The notes beneath the pieces are model-generated. The model did no database searches and was not told the origin of the DNA. It saw only the letters and a list, made by a program, of their open reading frames with translations. A stretch of 64,000 nt of DNA from assembly GCF_051859625.1 (NCBI RefSeq), contig NZ_JBHYFH010000003.1, positions 310,853-374,852 of the forward strand, written 5' to 3'. The DNA comes from Oceanicaulis sp. Lineage in GTDB: Bacteria; Pseudomonadota; Alphaproteobacteria; Caulobacterales; Maricaulaceae. This document shows positions 44,643 to 52,582 of the stretch, in pieces (within the stretch, counting starts at the first letter, position 1; every line of letters starts with the position of its first letter). The position numbers were made by a program, and so were the translations under genes.

Positions 44643-45790
44643 TGTTCGAGAATATTTCCCCATATATACCTACACTTTCAGTTAAACCTGCTGAGATGGC
44701 CGGACTAAAGAACCTTCCCGGCCCAACAAAATTCCTTTTATCGCCTCATATACTACTTCGACCTTGGGTGGGCTCTGAATATCTTGAATCTTCAATTAAG
44801 GTTATTTTGGAGGCTTATGACAGCCCATGTATTATCGAGTTAGATCCCTCCCTAGACCTAACCGAAGAAGAGGGGGAGCGGTCGGTTTTCGCCGAGCTTA
44901 GAGCTTTGACTAGCCCAGATGACGGGCACCGTAACTGGGTTAATTTCATTAACAAGCATGAGCCCTTCACCCCAACCTTGATCCAGACCGGAACTGTTGA
45001 ACAAATTAAGCAGCAAGCAAGCGCATTTTCAGAGCTTGGGCGTGGCATTGTTATGCGAATTCGTTTGCACTCAAATATTGAGGCGACAAACAATGTGACA
45101 CAGTCGCTTGATATACTGGATATTCTCAACGGGGTCGTGAAGCCTGAGAAGTTCTTACTTATTGCGGACTTCGGGCAACGCGCCCAAGGCTGGGAGTATC
45201 AAGCTGCTATTGCACATAAATTGTTGAGTGCCGCAAAGGATAAGTTTCCCATTTCAAACGCAGTTGTTTCCTCAACAACTTTTCCATTGGAATTCGATGA
45301 TAATATACCAGCTCAATCTGTCTATGAGCGTGGAATGTTTCAGCAACTTCAGCAGCTACATCCAGAGCTTCGATTAGTATATGGAGACAGAGGTAGCGCG
45401 CGTGCCGAAAGCCTTGATATTCCTCTTGGCGCCCCGCTACCAAGGATAGATTTGGCATTAGAGCATCACTGGTATTTCTTTCGGGAGAGGCCCGACTACC
45501 CAAAAGACCGGCGTGGACTGCCTGTCGTGCTCAGCCCCGAAGAGCGCAAAAGACACAAAAAAGAAGCATATATCAGAGCAGCCCGCCGTGCGATTGATTC
45601 CGAACACTGGCTGAATGTACCCAACGTTTGGGGGCGGCAACTGATTTTAGATACCTTCAATGAAGCAGAAACTGGTATTTATTCTCCGGCACGAGCAACT
45701 GCAGCTAGGATCAATATCCATTTATTTCAGCAAGCCAACTATGGATCTAAACTGCTTCCTGATCCAGAAGAGGATTGGGAAGAGTTTTAG
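44642..45790 (+). CDS. Beta family protein (T4 beta/sce7725-like)
   Basis: YIPTLSVKPAEMAGL, LVYGD, PRIDL..W.FFR, RINIHL pattern; TAATG overlap with the peptidase stop. Confidence 0.7.
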   Translation: MFENISPYIPTLSVKPAEMAGLKNLPGPTKFLLSPHILLRPWVGSEYLESSIKVILEAYDSPCIIELDPSLDLTEEEGERSVFAELRALTSPDDGHRNWVNFINKHEPFTPTLIQTGTVEQIKQQASAFSELGRGIVMRIRLHSNIEATNNVTQSLDILDILNGVVKPEKFLLIADFGQRAQGWEYQAAIAHKLLSAAKDKFPISNAVVSSTTFPLEFDDNIPAQSVYERGMFQQLQQLHPELRLVYGDRGSARAESLDIPLGAPLPRIDLALEHHWYFFRERPDYPKDRRGLPVVLSPEERKRHKKEAYIRAARRAIDSEHWLNVPNVWGRQLILDTFNEAETGIYSPARATAARINIHLFQQANYGSKLLPDPEEDWEEF

Positions 45791-46352
45791 AGAAATAACG
45801 AATTTTATTGATATTCTGCGCCCGGCAATAAATAGCACGGATAAATTCTGATCGTGGCGTCTTGTCGATCAGATCTTCAAAATTTGACTCAGCTTCTCGT
45901 CGCGTGATTTTATGACACTTTGCTATCAGACCAACCAATTCTGATGAGTTTAGAAGGGCAGCATATGAACGGACATTGTCATGAGGAACCGTTTTGCCAC
46001 GCCTTTCAACGATCACTTTTCCTTTATCGAAATATAACACCTCAACTCTTTCACCATATTTAGAAGAATCAAATCTTTTCCTAAAGCATAAATCTAAGCA
46101 AATTATCACTTTATCAAAATGATTATTGTAGATATCTATTTGATTCGATAGCTTTTTTAAGCTGTCAGATTTAGACTTAACCTCAAATGCAACTACACTG
46201 CGATTCCTGAATATTGCGCTGTCAGCTCGGCATAGACCATTAAAGAAACGGAATTCATCCACTCTAATTCCATCAATATCTTTACTGCGGCGTCGCCAAC
46301 TAGCAATCGCCGCCTCTCTCAAGTTCGCCTCAGTGGATTCTGTAATTTCCAT
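45747..46352 (-). CDS. sce7726-like PD-(D/E)xK nuclease-fold protein
   Basis: EF...RADSA...FEVKSKSDSLKKLSNQIDIY...FDKV; 44-nt convergent overlap with the Beta gene. Confidence 0.72.
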   Translation of the reverse strand: MEITESTEANLREAAIASWRRRSKDIDGIRVDEFRFFNGLCRADSAIFRNRSVVAFEVKSKSDSLKKLSNQIDIYNNHFDKVIICLDLCFRKRFDSSKYGERVEVLYFDKGKVIVERRGKTVPHDNVRSYAALLNSSELVGLIAKCHKITRREAESNFEDLIDKTPRSEFIRAIYCRAQNINKIRYFSKTLPNPLLDQEAV

Positions 46353-46417
46353 GCCCGATTGACTAGCTGTTGAACGGATTAAGATAAACCCTTGTTTGAC
46401 CGTAAGGGTAGCTCTCC

Positions 46418-46569
46418 CCTATCCCCACCCCGCCCTCACCCCCTATCCTTGCGGCATGAGCGCTGAGAGCCCTGACATCACAGATCCGAGGATCGCCCGG
46501 GCGCGGGCGATGCGGCAGGCGGGGGCGGAGACCGCCGAGATCGCGCGCGCCTGCGGCGTGGGGGTGAGC
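46418..46569 (+). repeat. Direct repeat copy 1 (upstream region + 5' end of the HTH gene)
   Basis: Near-identical to 47932..48085. Confidence 0.9.
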
Positions 46570-46587
46570 CGCCAGCGGCCCACCTGA
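46456..46587 (+). pseudogene. Truncated copy of the HTH gene
   Basis: MSAESPDITDPRIARARAMRQAGAETAEIARACGVGVS, then diverges and stops. Confidence 0.7.
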
Positions 46588-46597
46588 CCAACAACTC

Positions 46598-46696
46598 TGT
46601 CATCCCGGACGCGCAGCGAGCCGGCATCTGCCGGACACACTCTGTTCTGATCACAGAGACGCCTGCACCAGATCCCGGATCAAGTCCTGGATGACG
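46598..46696. repeat. REP-like palindromic element (YGTCAT...ATGACG ends)
   Basis: TGTCATCCCGGA ... CCCGGATCAAGTCCTGGATGACG. Confidence 0.75.
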
Positions 46697-46727
46697 GGTG
46701 GGGAGATTGGGAGAATGCGCCCAACCT

Positions 46728-46819
46728 CTCGGCCTTCGGACGAGCTTGCCCCGGACTTGATCCGGGGGAGGCCCATGCGGCGGCTCGACTGGGTCCCCGG
46801 GGCAAGCCCGAGGACCGAG
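46728..46819. repeat. REP-like palindromic element
   Basis: GCTTGCCCCGGACTTGATCCGGG ... CCCCGGGGCAAGCCCGAGGACCGAG. Confidence 0.65.
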
Positions 46820-46863
46820 GGGGAGAGGGTCGTACCCCTCCCTGTGTGACGCGAAAATCCGGT

Positions 46864-47835
46864 CTAGCTTTCGGTCTTCTCTGGATATCCCACATGATCG
46901 GGGTCGAATTCGTTTTCTGCGCAAAGCCAGATCACGGCCAGCAGGCCAATCCATCCAAGGTTCGACCTTTCATCGGTGAAGGCGCGGCTCGGGAGCCGGA
47001 GCCATTCCCGGATGCGCGCGTCGCCCGCTCGCGGATTTTTCACGGGCAGATCGATAAAGGCCCTCGGAACGCGGTTAATGACACCCCATTCGGTCAATGC
47101 AGTGTGCAATTTGCGAAAGGGTTCCGTGTAAATGCGCTCTTTGGCGAAAGAGCGCAGGTCTTCTGGCCGCTCCTCGACATGCACATGGGGGAAGAGCGGA
47201 TCGTGGGACTGGCCCATCGGGAAATACAAGCGCTGTACATCGACGGCATCCCAGTTGATGACAAAGGTGCGCTCATCGCCGGTTATCAGGATCCCTTTCT
47301 GGCCAATCTTGAATGTGGCTTGCCCCAGCCCCGTGACGAGATAACGATCCGTTTCAGAGTCACGCCGTTCGGTCTCAATCACTTCCGACCAGGCGCGGAC
47401 ACGGCGGCTGCGAACGACATGGACGCCCAGCTGGCCGAGAAAGCCGATCGCAAACCCGACCGTGGCGACAATCCATTCCATGGCGGTCAGCACCGACAGG
47501 CCCGCTGTGATAACGCAGGTCTCGCCAGGGCAAACAAAGCTGCCCTCGGCAAGGGTTGGATCAATCTCTATCGATACCGCAGACAGGCCTTGGGACAGCA
47601 GGGCCAGAACGCCGCCCGCGACACCGAACCAGCTGGTGACCGAGACCAGTCCCAGCAGGATTTCCGTGACCGTTGAACCGCGCTGAATTTTCGAGATGTG
47701 AAGGCTGCGTCCGACATCCGCGGGCTCAAGCTGAATCGTCGCGCTGGTGAAGACGTCGTAGGCGTTCTTTTCAAAAGTCGCCTCTCTGGTTCCGGGCGCA
47801 AATTCGCTGTGCCCCGTCGGGATACGGTCTACCAT
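46864..47835 (-). CDS. Hypothetical two-TM protein with soluble C-terminal domain
   Basis: Start reassigned to MVDRIPTG; two hydrophobic helices; lower GC. Confidence 0.65.
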   Translation of the reverse strand: MVDRIPTGHSEFAPGTREATFEKNAYDVFTSATIQLEPADVGRSLHISKIQRGSTVTEILLGLVSVTSWFGVAGGVLALLSQGLSAVSIEIDPTLAEGSFVCPGETCVITAGLSVLTAMEWIVATVGFAIGFLGQLGVHVVRSRRVRAWSEVIETERRDSETDRYLVTGLGQATFKIGQKGILITGDERTFVINWDAVDVQRLYFPMGQSHDPLFPHVHVEERPEDLRSFAKERIYTEPFRKLHTALTEWGVINRVPRAFIDLPVKNPRAGDARIREWLRLPSRAFTDERSNLGWIGLLAVIWLCAENEFDPDHVGYPEKTES

Positions 47836-47931
47836 GATTGTCCCCCTCATTCCCCAGGCAGAGCCTAATTCAGACCGCGACACGCGTTCAAGCTGAACCT
47901 GACCGGGATTTCGCGTTTCAAGGGAGGCGCG

Positions 47932-48085
47932 CCTATCCCCCACCCCGCCCTCACCCCCTATCCTCACCGCCATGAGCGCTGAGACACCTGACATCACAGA
48001 TCCGAGGATCGCCCGGGCAAGGACGATGCGGGTGGCGGGGGCGGAGACCGCCGAGATCGCGCGCGTCTGCGGCGTGGGGGTGAGC
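47932..48085 (+). repeat. Direct repeat copy 2
   Basis: Near-identical to 46418..46569. Confidence 0.9.
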
Positions 48086-48679
48086 ACCATCTATCGCTGG
48101 GCCGAGGCCCATGGCTTTCGCGTCGCCGATCTGGAGGCCGCGGCCTGGGCCGCGTCGGGGCGGGGTGACGCGCCCTCTCTTTGTCATTCGCCGGTTTATC
48201 CGGGGAATCCATGCCGTGACCTGTCCTCCACTCAACCGGAATGGATCCCCCGCACAGGGCGGGGGATGACAGAGGGAGAGGGAGCGCCTCACGCGGCGGG
48301 AGGCCCCGGATCAAGTCCGGGGTTTCAGGCTGGGAAAGAGAGTGAAGAGACCGACGACGCCGAGATCACGGCGGCGCAATGGGCGGCGATGGCGCGGGGG
48401 TTGAAACAGCGCGCTGTGCGCCTGACCGAGGCCGGGCGCCTGCGCCAGGCCGAGCAGGCGCTGCGGCTGGCCGAACGCTATGAGCGGATGCAGGCCAGCG
48501 CCGCGCCGGCGCCGGCAAAGGATGACGGCGTGGATTATCACGCCCTGCTGGAAGCCAAGCTGACCCGGCTGCACGAGCACTTGCGCGAGAAGGCCGGGCT
48601 GAAAGAGGGCGAGGACTTCACCGACGCCCACCGCGCCGCCCTGGGCATCCCGCCCCTGCCGCCCGAGTATGGCGGGTGA
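47972..48679 (+). CDS. N-terminal HTH protein carrying in-frame palindromic inserts
   Basis: AETAEIARVCGVGVSTIYRWA HTH; C-terminal amphipathic helices. Confidence 0.7.
   Translation: MSAETPDITDPRIARARTMRVAGAETAEIARVCGVGVSTIYRWAEAHGFRVADLEAAAWAASGRGDAPSLCHSPVYPGNPCRDLSSTQPEWIPRTGRGMTEGEGAPHAAGGPGSSPGFQAGKESEETDDAEITAAQWAAMARGLKQRAVRLTEAGRLRQAEQALRLAERYERMQASAAPAPAKDDGVDYHALLEAKLTRLHEHLREKAGLKEGEDFTDAHRAALGIPPLPPEYGG
48182..48271. repeat. 90-bp REP-like palindrome inside the CDS, in frame
   Basis: TGTCAT...GGAATCCAT / ATGGATCCCC...ATGACA; codon-aligned 30 aa CHSP...WIPRTGRGMT. Confidence 0.75.
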
Positions 48680-48689
48680 CGCGGGGAGA

Positions 48690-48833
48690 GGGAGATGGCA
48701 AGATCGGGGTCTTGCCATGACGATGTGTGGTTAGCCTTCTTCGTCTCCCGCTCCCCTCCCCCTACCCTCCAGCGTCATCCCAAGACCCCGTTCATGGGAT
48801 CTCAGATGGCAAGAACACGTCTTGCCATGACGA
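48690..48833 (+). repeat. 144-bp direct repeat, left of GIY-YIG
   Basis: Two GGCAAGA-loop-TCTTGCC hairpins plus CGTCATCCC...GGGATC. Confidence 0.9.
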
Positions 48834-48857
48834 AGGCAGGGAACGCACACTTCGTGT

Positions 48858-49205
48858 ATGGCGCGTGTTTTCTACACTTATATACTCTGCAATCGCCCGC
48901 ACGGCGTGCTCTATTGCGGCGTCACCAATGACCTGGTGCGCCGGGTCCACGAGCACCGCTCAGCGCGCGGGGGCGTCTTCACGACGCGCTACAAGGTGAG
49001 GTGGCTGGTCTGGTTCGCAGGCCATGAAATTCCGGGGGCCGCCATCGGGCAGGAAAAGACGATCAAAGGCTGGCCGCGCGCCTGGAAGGTGAACCTGATC
49101 GAGACGGACAATCCCGACTGGTGCGATCTCTGGCCGGTGATTTCTCAGGCGGCGGGTGAGATGGGAGAGGGCAAGAACACGTCTTGCCATGACGATGTGT
49201 GGTGA
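48858..49205 (+). CDS. Small GIY-YIG nuclease
   Basis: FYTYIL...LYCGVTNDLVRRVHEH, EKTIKGWPRAWKVNLIE.DNPDW.DL. Confidence 0.9.
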   Translation: MARVFYTYILCNRPHGVLYCGVTNDLVRRVHEHRSARGGVFTTRYKVRWLVWFAGHEIPGAAIGQEKTIKGWPRAWKVNLIETDNPDWCDLWPVISQAAGEMGEGKNTSCHDDVW

Positions 49206-49306
49206 GCCTTCTCCGCCTCCCGCTCCCCTCCCCCTACCCTCCAGCGTCATCCCAAGACCCCGTTCTTGGGATCTCAGATGGCAAGATCGGGGTCTTGCCT
49301 TGACGA
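49163..49306 (+). repeat. 144-bp direct repeat, right of GIY-YIG
   Basis: Near-identical to 48690..48833, hairpin loops in swapped order. Confidence 0.9.
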
Positions 49307-49347
49307 TGGGTGTGAAGGGCGAGGGCCGGAGTGGACAGGGCGCGCCC

Positions 49348-50661
49348 CTACGCCGGCAGGCTGACCCGTGCGCGCAGGCCGCCGAGCGGGGAGTCCTCAA
49401 GGCGCAGTTCGCCGCCATGGGCGCGCAGGGTGTCGCGGGCGATGGCGAGGCCGAGGCCCACGCCCTTGCGGTTGGCGTTGCGGCTTTCATCGAGGCGGGA
49501 GAAGGGTTTGAACGCCTCCTCGCGCTGATCGCCGGGAATGCCGGGGCCGTCATCATCAATCAGGATTTCAATGCGCGAACCGTTGCGGCGCGCGCTCAGG
49601 CGCACATGTCGCGCATGGGCTGAGGCGTTGGACACCAGATTGGCGAGGGCGCGCTTGAGCGCGCTTTCGCGCGCCGGCGCGGTCAGCCCGTCTTCCAGCT
49701 CCAGCTCCAGATCGACGCCCTCGCGCGCCGCGTCATCGGCCAGGGTTTCGCACAGGGCGGTGAGGTCGAGCGCGTCCGCCTCCTCCCCCGCCTGACCGCG
49801 GGCGAAGGCGAGATATTCCTCCAGCGCCGCCTCCATGTCCGCGAGATCGCGGCGGGCGGCGTCGCGCTCCTCGCTTTGCGGCATCAGGGCGAGCTGCAGG
49901 CGCAAACGGGTCAGCGGGGTGCGCAGGTCATGACTGACACCCGCCAGCAATTGCGTGCGCTGTTCGATATGGCGTTTCAGGCGCGCGCGCATGTCGAGAA
50001 AGGCCGCGCTGGCGCGGCGCACTTCGCGGGCGCCGGCGGGCTTGAACCGCTCCACATCCTGACCTCTGCCGAACGCTTCAGCGGCCTCCGCCAGCTGGCG
50101 GATGGGTTTGACCTGATTGCGGATGAACAGGATGGCGACGGTCAGCAGGAGCCCCGTGGCGATAAACAGCCAGATCAGGAAGATATGCCCGGTGGTGGCG
50201 AACACCCGGTCGCGCACGGCGATGAAGCGCAGCACGCCGCCATCCACCTGCACCCGGATGTCCACGTAAGAGGGATAGCGCGTGGTGTCGAACCAGAAGG
50301 CGTGATCGAGCTCCGCCCCCAGCGCGCTGCGCAGCGTGCGGTCGAGCGCCCGGAAGAAGGCCGTGCGGCGCGTGGTGGGCAAGGTGTCGCCCTCGCGATA
50401 CTCGACGCTGAGATCAGTCGTGGCGAAGGCGAGATTGGCCAGCGCGTCAAACTGTTCAGGACCGTCACGCTCAAACAGCCTGACCACCAGCGACACCTCG
50501 CCGGCGACGCTCTCAGAGAGGCGCGCCGTGGTGGTCTGCCAGTGCTGATCGAAAAAGGCCCAGGTCACCGCCCCCTGCATCAGCGCGACGGGCAGCACGA
50601 TGATCAGGAGCGAGCGCTCAAACAGGCCCTTGGGCAGATAGGGTTTGAGGGAAAAGCGCAT
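49348..50661 (-). CDS. EnvZ-like sensor histidine kinase
   Basis: TM-HAMP, GVSHDLRTPLTRL, NLVSNA, DDDGPG, GVGLGL. Confidence 0.92.
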   Translation of the reverse strand: MRFSLKPYLPKGLFERSLLIIVLPVALMQGAVTWAFFDQHWQTTTARLSESVAGEVSLVVRLFERDGPEQFDALANLAFATTDLSVEYREGDTLPTTRRTAFFRALDRTLRSALGAELDHAFWFDTTRYPSYVDIRVQVDGGVLRFIAVRDRVFATTGHIFLIWLFIATGLLLTVAILFIRNQVKPIRQLAEAAEAFGRGQDVERFKPAGAREVRRASAAFLDMRARLKRHIEQRTQLLAGVSHDLRTPLTRLRLQLALMPQSEERDAARRDLADMEAALEEYLAFARGQAGEEADALDLTALCETLADDAAREGVDLELELEDGLTAPARESALKRALANLVSNASAHARHVRLSARRNGSRIEILIDDDGPGIPGDQREEAFKPFSRLDESRNANRKGVGLGLAIARDTLRAHGGELRLEDSPLGGLRARVSLPA

Positions 50662-50666
50662 CGGGC

Positions 50667-51377
50667 CTAGGGCTCGGCGCCGTCATAGACCGGGTCGGCG
50701 ACCAGCTTGTAGCCCGAGCCGCGCACGGTCTGGATATAGAGCGGGGATTTGGGATCGGTTTCGATCTTGCGCCTCAGGCGAGTGATCTGCACGTCCACCG
50801 CCCGTTCGCCTGCGCCATTGGCGGCCTGTTCAGACAGCGCTTGGCGCGACACCGCCTCGCCATTGGACCGCGCGAGCGCCGCCAGCAGCGCCGTCTCCCC
50901 GCCAGTCAAACGCACCGACGCGCCGTCCTGGCTCAGCTGCCCGGCCTCGATCTCGAACCGCCACGGGCCGAACGCCACCGCCGACGGCCCGCGCATCTGC
51001 GGCAGGGCGCGGCGCAGGATCGCCTGCACGCGCAGCACCAGCTCTTCAGGCTCGAACGGTTTGGCGAGGTAATCGTCCGCCCCCAGGCTGAGCCCCTTGA
51101 TGCGGTCCTCGGGCTCGCCGCGCGCGGTCAGCAGCAGGATCGGGGTCGCGTCGGTGCGGCGCACGGTTTCAGTCACCTCAAACCCGTCTGCGCCGGGCAT
51201 CATCACGTCCAGAATGATCAGGTCAAAGCGCATCTGCGCCAGCAAGGACAGCGCTTTCGCCCCGTCACGCGCCGCCGTGACGCGCAAACCGCGCGCGCGC
51301 AGGAACTTCGTCAGAAGGTCGCGAATGCGGTCATCATCATCGACAACCAGAATATGGGCGGGGCGCATGTCCGTCAT
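50667..51377 (-). CDS. OmpR-family response regulator
   Basis: LVVDDD, ILDVMMPG, GADDYLAKPF, DVQITRLRRKIE, IQTVRGSGY. Confidence 0.93.
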   Translation of the reverse strand: MTDMRPAHILVVDDDDRIRDLLTKFLRARGLRVTAARDGAKALSLLAQMRFDLIILDVMMPGADGFEVTETVRRTDATPILLLTARGEPEDRIKGLSLGADDYLAKPFEPEELVLRVQAILRRALPQMRGPSAVAFGPWRFEIEAGQLSQDGASVRLTGGETALLAALARSNGEAVSRQALSEQAANGAGERAVDVQITRLRRKIETDPKSPLYIQTVRGSGYKLVADPVYDGAEP

Positions 51378-51440
51378 AAGGGCGAGACTGCCCAAATCCG
51401 TCGCGATTGACCAGTTGCGTTTCTGCGCCTGAAACGCCCG

Positions 51441-51743
51441 CTAATGCTTCTTGAACGGAGAGCTCAGCGCGGTGCCCACGATCGCCACCAGAATACGCGC
51501 CACCATGGTGAAGAACAGCAACAGGATCGCGCCCTCTTCAATCAACAGGTCCAGCCAGACCTTGTAGCGGACCGGAATGCCGGGACGCACGATCATCGCC
51601 TCGACATCCTTGGCGCGCTGCACCAGCCAGTCGAGCCCTTCGGGCCACAAAATGCCCATGGCGATCAACATGATGTAGGACAGGACGAATGACAGAAAAA
51701 TCGTGAATGTCGCATTGGTCGCGCGCGCGAAGATCAGCCCCAT
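51441..51743 (-). CDS. Small two-TM hypothetical protein
   Basis: GAGGGAGG RBS; two hydrophobic helices. Confidence 0.7.
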   Translation of the reverse strand: MGLIFARATNATFTIFLSFVLSYIMLIAMGILWPEGLDWLVQRAKDVEAMIVRPGIPVRYKVWLDLLIEEGAILLLFFTMVARILVAIVGTALSSPFKKH

Positions 51744-51830
51744 TTCGGCCTCCCTCAAACCATGGCGCCACCTCCCCACGGGTGACACGAGCCGACCCTA
51801 GCATTGCTTGCGGCCAGAACGCAGCTTTTA

Positions 51831-51846
51831 TTAAGACGGCTTTAAC
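51831..51846. promoter_or_regulatory. Full CtrA-type box TTAA-N7-TTAAC
   Basis: TTAAgacggctTTAAC, intergenic, upstream of 51441..51743. Confidence 0.6.
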
Positions 51847-51866
51847 CCCGCCTGGCGGCGACGGCC

Positions 51867-52247
51867 CTATTGAATGCGGGTGATGCGGGCCGGCGCGCCG
51901 TGCGCCGTCCAGTACCGGCTGTCATAGCTTTCACCGATCTCGATATCGCGCCAGGGCGTGCAGACTTCATACTCTGGCGCCTGCGGACCTGCGGCGGCGA
52001 TCAGCATGCACAAGGTGCGCCCGTCAAAATGCCAGCGCCCGGTCCGTGGCCTGTCGTCCTGATACGCGCCGCCGGGTTGAAACCGCGCCGTATAGCTCTC
52101 CCGCTCCGTCCGAACGTCATAAACGCGTCCTTCCGGCCCTGTCATCTGCGCCTGAGCCGCGCCGCTTGCGAGCATCAGACACGCCAGAAGCAACGCCCCC
52201 GCGCACACGCGACCGCTCTGTCTGATCATCGTGAAAGACAGTGTCAT
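51867..52247 (-). CDS. Secreted hypothetical protein
   Basis: Signal peptide ending AQA; GRWHFDGRTLC...C. Confidence 0.65.
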   Translation of the reverse strand: MTLSFTMIRQSGRVCAGALLLACLMLASGAAQAQMTGPEGRVYDVRTERESYTARFQPGGAYQDDRPRTGRWHFDGRTLCMLIAAAGPQAPEYEVCTPWRDIEIGESYDSRYWTAHGAPARITRIQ

Positions 52248-52390
52248 CCCTCATCCCCCATGGGCGCTATAAAACGCCACACACGCCATGGGGGCAAGAG
52301 CTTAGCTCGAATTCGCGTCGGGATAGGCGGTCCGGGCTTCGCCACATCACCAAGGCTTTAAAAATCCAAGCCGGAAATTTGAATAAAAAT

Positions 52391-52522
52391 TCAGGCGATA
52401 AAACTTATCGCCGCAATAGCCAAAACAAGAGCAGATCCAGCCAAGGAGGCATACAAGACCTTTTCCTGCCAACCCTTACGTTCAGCTTGACGTGCTTCGT
52501 TCTTTTCGAGACGCGCAGCCAT
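52391..52522 (-). CDS. Small single-TM protein, 43 aa (not in ORF track)
   Basis: AAAGGAG RBS; MAARLEKNEARQAERKGWQEKVLYASLAGSALVLAIAAISFIA. Confidence 0.7.
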   Translation of the reverse strand: MAARLEKNEARQAERKGWQEKVLYASLAGSALVLAIAAISFIA

Positions 52523-52582
52523 ATCATCTCCTTTATGATTTTTGATATACATCACATAGGATGAAATGGTCCTGTCTCAAGT

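Larger units (their letters stand above)
43290..46390. other. Low-GC accessory island starting inside the uvrB 3' end
   Basis: Abrupt switch to A/T-rich sequence and A/T-ending codons; no integrase or att seen. Confidence 0.75.

Noticed and set aside
46396-46954. ORFs 46443..46640, 46478..46954 and 46680..46895
   Set aside because: Translations of palindromic repeats and of the antisense HTH duplicate (e.g. RHPGLDPGS); not independent genes.
48690-49306. CRISPR array
   Set aside because: Only two long repeats around a gene, no regular unique spacers, no cas genes.
43290-49310. Prophage, IS or integrative element call for the accessory region
   Set aside because: No integrase, transposase, terminal inverted repeats, att duplication or structural phage genes were seen.
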